NCBI GenBank assembly: GCA_963733945.1
Contig: CAVTFD010000015.1
Location: forward strand, 26,728-90,727
Direction of reading: 5' to 3'
DNA length: 64,000 nucleotides
Origin: an uncultured Alphaproteobacteria bacterium
Lineage (GTDB): Bacteria > Pseudomonadota > Alphaproteobacteria > ATCC43930 > CGMCC-115725
Position 1 is the stretch's first letter. Every line of letters starts with the position of its first letter. The position numbers and the translations under genes were made by a program. The notes below the pieces were generated by a model. It was given only the letters and a program-made list of their open reading frames with translations, ran no database searches and was not told the origin of the DNA. Shown here in pieces: positions 59,294-64,000 of this stretch.

Positions 59294-60564
59294 CCCTGAC
59301 CGACAAGGCCGCGGCGGTCCCCGCAGGCATCGCCCTCGGCATCCGCGCCAATCTGAACAAGTTTCTGCTGCTGATCCTGCTGAACGCGTTTGTCGGCGGC
59401 ATGGTCGGGCTGGAACGGACGGTCGTGCCGCTGATCGGGGCTGAAACCTTCCACCTCGCATCGGCCAGCATCATCACCGGATTCATCATCAGCTTCGGCG
59501 TTGTTAAGGGGCTGACCAATCTCATCTCGGGTCAACTGGCCGAGACCTGGGGCCGCAAGCATACGCTGGTGTTGGGCTGGCTATTCGGGCTGCCGGTGCC
59601 GTTCATGATCATGTGGGCGCCGAGCTGGGGCTGGGTCATCGCCGCCAATGCGCTGCTCGGGGTCAACCAGGGTCTCGCGTGGTCGATGACAGTCTTGATG
59701 AAGATCGATCTGGTCGGACCGAAATCGCGCGGCCTTGCCGTCGGCCTCAACGAGTTTGCCGGCTACTTCGCGGTCGGCCTGACCGCCTTTCTGACCGGCT
59801 GGATCGCCGCGCGCTACGGCCTGCGTCCCAGCCCGTTCTATATCGGCGCCGTCTATGCCGTGCTTGGTCTGGGGCTTGCCGTCCTGGTGGTGCGCGACAC
59901 CGGCGACCACGTGCGCCACGAGGTCCGCGCGCACGGCCACGGCGAGGCCGAGGCGCTGGGCTTCTGGGAGGTGTTCCGCCGCACCAGTTTCGGGGACCGG
60001 CGGCTGTTTGCCGCCTGCCAGGCTGGGCTTGTCAACAATCTCAAGGACGGCATGGTCTGGGGGCTGTTCCCGCTATTTTTTCTCGCCTACGGCCTCGGCG
60101 TCGAGCGGATCGGTGTGCTGAAGGCTGTCTACCCCGCCTGCTGGGGCATCCTGCAAATCGTCACCGGTCCGCTGAGCGACCGGGTTGGGCGGCGGGGGCT
60201 GGTGGTCTGGGGCCTGTGGCTGCAGGCCGCGGCGCTGGCGCTGACCGCGCTCACCGGCAGTTTCGCGTGGTGGCTGCCGGCGAGCGCGTTGCTCGGGCTC
60301 GGCACCGCGATGGTCTATCCGACGCTGATAGCCGCAATCTCCGACGCCGCGCATCCGGCGATGCGGGCCCGCGCGCTCAGCGTCTATCGGTTCTGGCGCG
60401 ACCTCGGCTACGCGGTCGGCGCGCTGGCATCTGGAGTGATTGCCGACATCTTTGGCTTCGAAGCGGCGATTCTGGCCATCGCCGCGCTCACTTTTGTTTC
60501 AGGCATGGTCACGGCCGGCCTGATGCGGGACCAGCCGCGAGCCCAGAAACGGCAAGCTGCCTGA
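59290..60564 (+). CDS. MFS transporter (12 TM)
   Basis: ATGA overlap with the MBL stop. Motifs GQLAETWGRKHTL and GPLSDRVGRRG (MFS motif A-like, both halves). The 699-aa track ORF is this gene plus an out-of-frame read-through of the MBL gene. Confidence 0.85.
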   Translation: MTLTDKAAAVPAGIALGIRANLNKFLLLILLNAFVGGMVGLERTVVPLIGAETFHLASASIITGFIISFGVVKGLTNLISGQLAETWGRKHTLVLGWLFGLPVPFMIMWAPSWGWVIAANALLGVNQGLAWSMTVLMKIDLVGPKSRGLAVGLNEFAGYFAVGLTAFLTGWIAARYGLRPSPFYIGAVYAVLGLGLAVLVVRDTGDHVRHEVRAHGHGEAEALGFWEVFRRTSFGDRRLFAACQAGLVNNLKDGMVWGLFPLFFLAYGLGVERIGVLKAVYPACWGILQIVTGPLSDRVGRRGLVVWGLWLQAAALALTALTGSFAWWLPASALLGLGTAMVYPTLIAAISDAAHPAMRARALSVYRFWRDLGYAVGALASGVIADIFGFEAAILAIAALTFVSGMVTAGLMRDQPRAQKRQAA

Positions 60565-60588
60565 CCCGTCATCAAAGAGGAGGAATGG

Positions 60589-61365
60589 ATGAGTGACGCT
60601 TTACCGATTGACGCTGGTGCGTTGCGCGAGGAGGTGAAGGTCAAATACCGCGCCGTCGCGGTCAATCCGCATGGCAGCTATCATTTCCACACCGGCCGCC
60701 CCTTGTCGCGTCGGCTGGGCTATGACGAGGCCTTTGTGGCCAAGCTGCCGGAAAACGCGGTCGAGGCCTTTGCCGGCGTCGGCAACCCCTTCTCGATGAG
60801 CATCTTGCAGCCCGGCGAACGGGTCGTCGATCTCGGCTCCGGAGGCGGTTTCGACTGCTTTATCGCGGCCGGTCAGGTCGGGCGGGAAGGCCATGTCGTT
60901 GGCGTCGACATGACTGAGGAGATGCTCGGCCGGTCGCGCGCCGCCGCGACCGCTATGGGTGTGGGCAATGTCGAATTTCGGCAAGGTATGATCGAGGACT
61001 TGCCAATTGAAGACGGCTCGGCCGATGTCGTAATCAGCAACGGCGTCATCAACCTATGCGCCGACAAGCGCCGGGTCCTCGCTGAGGTCATGCGCGTACT
61101 GAAACCGGGTGGGCGCTTGCAGTTTGCGGATATCGCCAACGGTAAGGAGATTCCGGCAGGCGCGCTGCGCAATATTGATTTGTGGACCGATTGAATTGCC
61201 GGTGGCCTGCCGTGCGCAGGCTGGCGGCATATGCTTGAGCAGAGCGGTTTCGTCGAGGTCCAAATCGGCCCGCCAGTTGACACCTTTGGCGGTGCCGGCG
61301 GCGAGAGCAAGGCACGGTTGTTCGAAGTGTTTGGTTACGCCTTTCTGGCGCACAAACCGAAATAG
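60589..61365 (+). CDS. ArsM/UbiE-like class I SAM-dependent methyltransferase with in-frame TGA (candidate Sec; otherwise a nonsense-truncated gene)
   Basis: VVDLGSGGGFDCF (SAM motif I), ADVVISNGVINL and VLKPGGRL. The track ORF stops at TGA 61192-61194, but the same frame continues for 56 codons (IAGGLPCAGWRHMLEQSGFVEVQIGPP...FGYAFLAHKPK) to TAG 61363-61365. This matches the usual C-terminus of ArsM-like enzymes. Confidence 0.7.
61198..61228 (+). promoter_or_regulatory. SECIS-like stem-loop immediately downstream of the in-frame UGA
   Basis: GCCGGUGGCCUGC (61198-61210), loop CGUGC (61211-61215), GCAGGCUGGCGGC (61216-61228). This is a 13-position stem with one G-G mismatch and two G-U pairs. 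The loop contains GU and starts 17 nt after the UGA. Confidence 0.45.
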
Positions 61366-61373
61366 GGGGCACT

Positions 61374-61404
61374 GAGCGTGCGATCTCTTTCAGGTCGCAC
61401 GCTC
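61374..61404 (+). terminator. terminator-like hairpin after the methyltransferase gene (no U-tract)
   Basis: Perfect 10-bp stem: GAGCGTGCGA (61374-61383) paired with TCGCACGCTC (61395-61404). Confidence 0.4.
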
Positions 61405-61471
61405 AACTATCCGTCTAGTGCGAGAGGCGCGGGCAGGAAAGCGGTCGGTCTTCTAACCTTGGGCAAGAACA

Positions 61472-62083
61472 ATGAGTAAATCTACTCTCATCGCAACGAT
61501 GGTTATCGTGCTGCTCGGCGGCATAACATCCGTTGTCGTAGCCCAGCAATCGAATCCAGTCCCGTGGAACCGGTGCTGCGGCCTAAGTCCGTGGTCAGCG
61601 ATGGGGCCGGGAATGATGGGCGGGGGGATGATGGGGGGCGGCGGCGGAAGCGGCAGAGGCGGGATGATGGGGGGCGGCGGCGGATACGGCAGTATGCCGC
61701 GGATGCACTTCGCCATGATGTCGGGAGTTCCAGCGCCTTACAATTCAATGACCAATCCGCTGCCGAGAACCCGCGAGACGGTCGAACGAGGCGCTAAGAT
61801 CTACGAGCAAAACTGCGCTTCTTGCCACGGGACAACCGGCTTAGGCGACGGTCCGGTCGGTCGAACCCTCTCGCCGCCGCCGGCCAATCTCGCGTTTCTT
61901 TCGCAAATGCCGATGGTTCAGTGGGACCCGTTTATGTACTGGACCGTCGCCGAGGGCGGCGCACAGTTTGGGAGTGCGATGCCGACATTCAAGGGCACGT
62001 TGTCCAAAGACGATATCTGGGCAGTTATTGCCTACATACAGGCCCGGTTGCCACAGACGGCGGCTAAACAAGAACAAAAATAA
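61472..62083 (+). CDS. secreted class I c-type cytochrome with N-terminal Met/Gly-rich segment
   Basis: Signal or anchor sequence MSKSTLIATMVIVLLGGITSVVVAQ. Met/Gly-rich GPGMMGGGMMGGGGGSGRGGMMGGGGGYGSMPRMHFAMM. Haem motif CASCH and distal SAMPTF. Confidence 0.85.
   Translation: MSKSTLIATMVIVLLGGITSVVVAQQSNPVPWNRCCGLSPWSAMGPGMMGGGMMGGGGGSGRGGMMGGGGGYGSMPRMHFAMMSGVPAPYNSMTNPLPRTRETVERGAKIYEQNCASCHGTTGLGDGPVGRTLSPPPANLAFLSQMPMVQWDPFMYWTVAEGGAQFGSAMPTFKGTLSKDDIWAVIAYIQARLPQTAAKQEQK
61625..61696 (+). repeat. in-frame 36-nt tandem duplication inside the cytochrome c gene
   Basis: GGGATGATGGGGGGCGGCGGCGGAAGCGGCAGAGGC is followed by GGGATGATGGGGGGCGGCGGCGGATACGGCAGTATG. They encode GMMGGGGGSGRG and GMMGGGGGYGSM. 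Confidence 0.9.
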
Positions 62084-62117
62084 TGGAGCAAGGGCCACAC
62101 GATTCAGTGGGCGTGGC

Positions 62118-62741
62118 CTAGTGCGCGTGGTCGAACTCGCCTTTCGCCATCGCGAGGTGGTGTGGCTGATGCCATGCGCCGCTGACCAGCAGGCCGATGA
62201 AACCTAGGCAGCGAATATGCTGGACTTCCTTGGAGGTGGTCGCGGTGACTGTAAGCAGTTCGCCATTGGGCAGCGGGGCGGCCTTGGCGTTCCAACCGTT
62301 GAGGCCGTTTGCCATCTGTATCCAAGCTGGGATCATTCGTTGGATCGCGATCAGTGTGCGGCCGTTGCCGGTGACGGCAACTTCCAAACCGCCGTCGATC
62401 TGTTTTGGAGCAGCGTCGGCCTTAAGGGTGACCTCGTTCATATCAATAAGATGCTGACGCAGCGCTTCGAGATCGACCTTTGACCAATCGGTCTTCGGAT
62501 CGGCGTCGAGGATTCGCACGATCTCCTGAATAGCGCCGAATGCGGCTTGGCCGGGCATCGTTGGCGTCGCCAAGGCGGCGTGCGTCCCGGCATGGTCGCC
62601 CATCGGCATCTCCTGCATGTGCTCCGGCTTCATCGAATGGCCCTTGAGGGGCGCTTCTGCGAGCGCGATGCCTGATGCTGCGAAGACAAACAGGGCACTG
62701 ACGGCAACGAGCTTACGGATAGAAAGCATGGGAAACCTCAC
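62118..62741 (-). CDS. periplasmic Met/His-rich protein of unknown function
   Basis: Signal peptide LVAVSALFVFAASGIALA. Met/His-rich HSMKPEHMQEMPMGDHAGTH. C-terminal HQPHHLAMAKGEFDHAH. No family recognised. Confidence 0.6.
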   Translation of the reverse strand: MRFPMLSIRKLVAVSALFVFAASGIALAEAPLKGHSMKPEHMQEMPMGDHAGTHAALATPTMPGQAAFGAIQEIVRILDADPKTDWSKVDLEALRQHLIDMNEVTLKADAAPKQIDGGLEVAVTGNGRTLIAIQRMIPAWIQMANGLNGWNAKAAPLPNGELLTVTATTSKEVQHIRCLGFIGLLVSGAWHQPHHLAMAKGEFDHAH

Positions 62742-62905
62742 CGGGTTGATCCCGGCCGCTCCACGCGGGCGACTGCCGAAACGGCGGCAAGGCTAGACTT
62801 TGGGCGGGGAGCCGGGATTTTCCAGGTGTTGCGTTCTGCGCGGCGTGAGTGTCGGCTCCGTGTGATCATCATGCTCCGGGCGTGTTCGCTGTTCGCGCAG
62901 CGGGG

Positions 62906-63062
62906 ATATAGCGTTAGGGCGTCGCCGGAGACGCCGAGACGGTGCGCAATTTGGGTGACGCCGATGTCGGGATTGACGAGAAACGCCTTGGCGTCCTCGA
63001 TGTCGGTTTCGATGCGGCGTGATCGGTGGCAGTCGCCGAACCTGCTTGCGCGACCTTGGTAA
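62906..63062 (-). pseudogene. remnant of a recombinase-type C-terminal HTH (no start codon)
   Basis: A minus frame not in the track reads ...GRASRFGD.HRSRRIETDIEDAKAFLVNPDIGVTQIAHRLGVSGDALTLY. This resembles resolvase/HTH_7 C-termini (GRPxKL...IA..LGVS..TLYR). A stop lies directly upstream and there is no ATG. Confidence 0.3.
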
Positions 63063-63117
63063 CGGGTGTCGTCGCCCCATTACGGAAAATCGCCGCGGCG
63101 GCGCACGCAAAAATCAA

Positions 63118-63330
63118 TCAGCTCGCCAACCACCATCGTCGCGCGGCCACACCGCACCAGATCGCTTCCACGAGTCCGAACGGCCACGCCCCTTGGAGAA
63201 ATCCGTATACTGACCCCATTGCACAAGCGCCAGCGAAGGCGAGGACAAACCATCGGCTGCGATGCTCCAGAGCATAAAACACCAGCATGGCCGAGACCGC
63301 GAACAATCCAAAGAGCGTCAGGCCATCCAT
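63118..63330 (-). CDS. small 2-TM membrane protein (70 aa), hypothetical
   Basis: MDGLTLFGLFAVSAMLVFYALEHRSRWFVLAFAGACAMGSVYGFLQGAWPFGLVEAIW has two clear hydrophobic helices. Confidence 0.5.
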   Translation of the reverse strand: MDGLTLFGLFAVSAMLVFYALEHRSRWFVLAFAGACAMGSVYGFLQGAWPFGLVEAIWCGVAARRWWLAS

Positions 63331-63496
63331 TGGGGCACAATTCTACATCTTGCGCTTTTGGGAGGTTCTCGCAATCCGATCTCTGCCGCATAATTGCATA
63401 TTAGATCAATTTTTTGAAGTGCTTGCAAAGTCTCTGTTTTAATCTTCCAATATATCGCGACGGCCGGGTAATATCGGCCGTATTGGCGGCGCGCGG

Positions 63497-63823
63497 TTAT
63501 TCCTTGTCCGGAACGCCGGCTTCGAGTTCTTCGAGCCACACGGTGGCGGTGGCGTCGGAGGGGGCGCGCCAGTCGCAGCGCGAGGAGAGCGAGCCGCCCG
63601 ACGAGGTTTGCGGGCCGTTGGGCAGGGCCGAGCGCTTGAACTGACTCAGTTGGAAGAAGCGGTGGAGGAAGACCCGCAGCCAATGCTTGATCTCGGGCAG
63701 ATCGTAGGCATGTCGCGCCAAGTCCGGGGTGTTGGCCGGCCACGCCCCGCGCTCGATGTCATGCCACGCGTTCCACGACAGATAGGCGATTTTCGACGGG
63801 CTGAAACCGTAGCGGGTCGCGTA
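63497..63823 (-). pseudogene. 5'-truncated gene fragment, probably mobile-element associated (replication-initiator-like C-terminus?)
   Basis: The minus frame reads [26 protein letters not shown]...[49 protein letters not shown]...stop at 63497. An in-frame TAA at 63824-63826 and a change in sequence character cut it off upstream. The family guess is from memory only. Confidence 0.45.
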
Positions 63824-64000
63824 TTAAAAGTTGAAGTCCTGCGATGGCGCCCCGGGTACCCGCTCTCAGGTGCAGGCGCCTCTTGCCCGATGGCAGGGGG
63901 GACGCCAAGATTGTCGCGTCAGATGCTCGGGTCCCAATACGTCATAAAGATGCCCACATCTCGTATTAGGCGTCCCGCTTCGCGCGGCTTCCGGTCCGGC

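Noticed and set aside
58465-60564. 699-aa ORF suggesting a large fusion protein.
   Set aside because: The first ~275 residues are an out-of-frame read across the MBL-fold gene (Arg-rich nonsense). The real MFS gene starts at the ATG at 59290, overlapping the MBL stop.

Overview
High-GC (about 65% by eye) chromosomal segment with alphaproteobacterial gene order: plsX-fabH-ihfA-merR, argH-small lipoprotein-lysA-TIGR02302-like, ribE-ribH-nusB-thiL, and groESL behind a CIRCE operator. I make no finer taxon call. All protein calls come from reading motifs in the supplied translations and my own re-translation; no database search was possible. I support about 70 protein genes, mostly housekeeping. 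I found no rRNA, tRNA or CRISPR array. Many long track ORFs are antisense or out-of-frame shadows typical of GC-rich DNA, and several real genes start well inside their track ORF. Main points for a second look: (1) An ArsM-like SAM methyltransferase (60589-61365) has an in-frame TGA where ArsM-type enzymes carry a catalytic Cys. A SECIS-like hairpin follows immediately, so it is a candidate selenoprotein. It ends a module of ArsR-rhodanese regulator, MBL-fold hydrolase and MFS transporter. (2) A low-GC islet of about 2.4 kb (about 30530-32880) holds a 5'-truncated serine-recombinase remnant, two small convergent membrane ORFs and a 352-aa Zn-ribbon plus DUF3800-like ORF of unknown role. This is the best candidate here for an undescribed accessory or defence-type locus, but the evidence is thin. 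(3) Five otherwise intact conserved genes (gluQ, a carboxylesterase, a CoxL-type molybdopterin subunit, an aldo/keto reductase, a Rieske ferredoxin) each need a single +1 frame correction. This looks more like assembly indel error than gene decay. (4) marR-emrA-emrB is preceded by two extra tandem emrB paralogs, and a homologous upstream box of about 90 nt occurs three times. (5) A 66/67-bp tandem duplication carries a sigma70-like promoter upstream of tusA-adh. (6) An array of TTTCCCGG-type palindromes lies upstream of ribE. (7) A Met/Gly-rich cytochrome c and a Met/His-rich periplasmic protein sit next to recombinase and mobile-element remnants at the right end. I cannot demonstrate a clearly novel multi-gene system from sequence alone.
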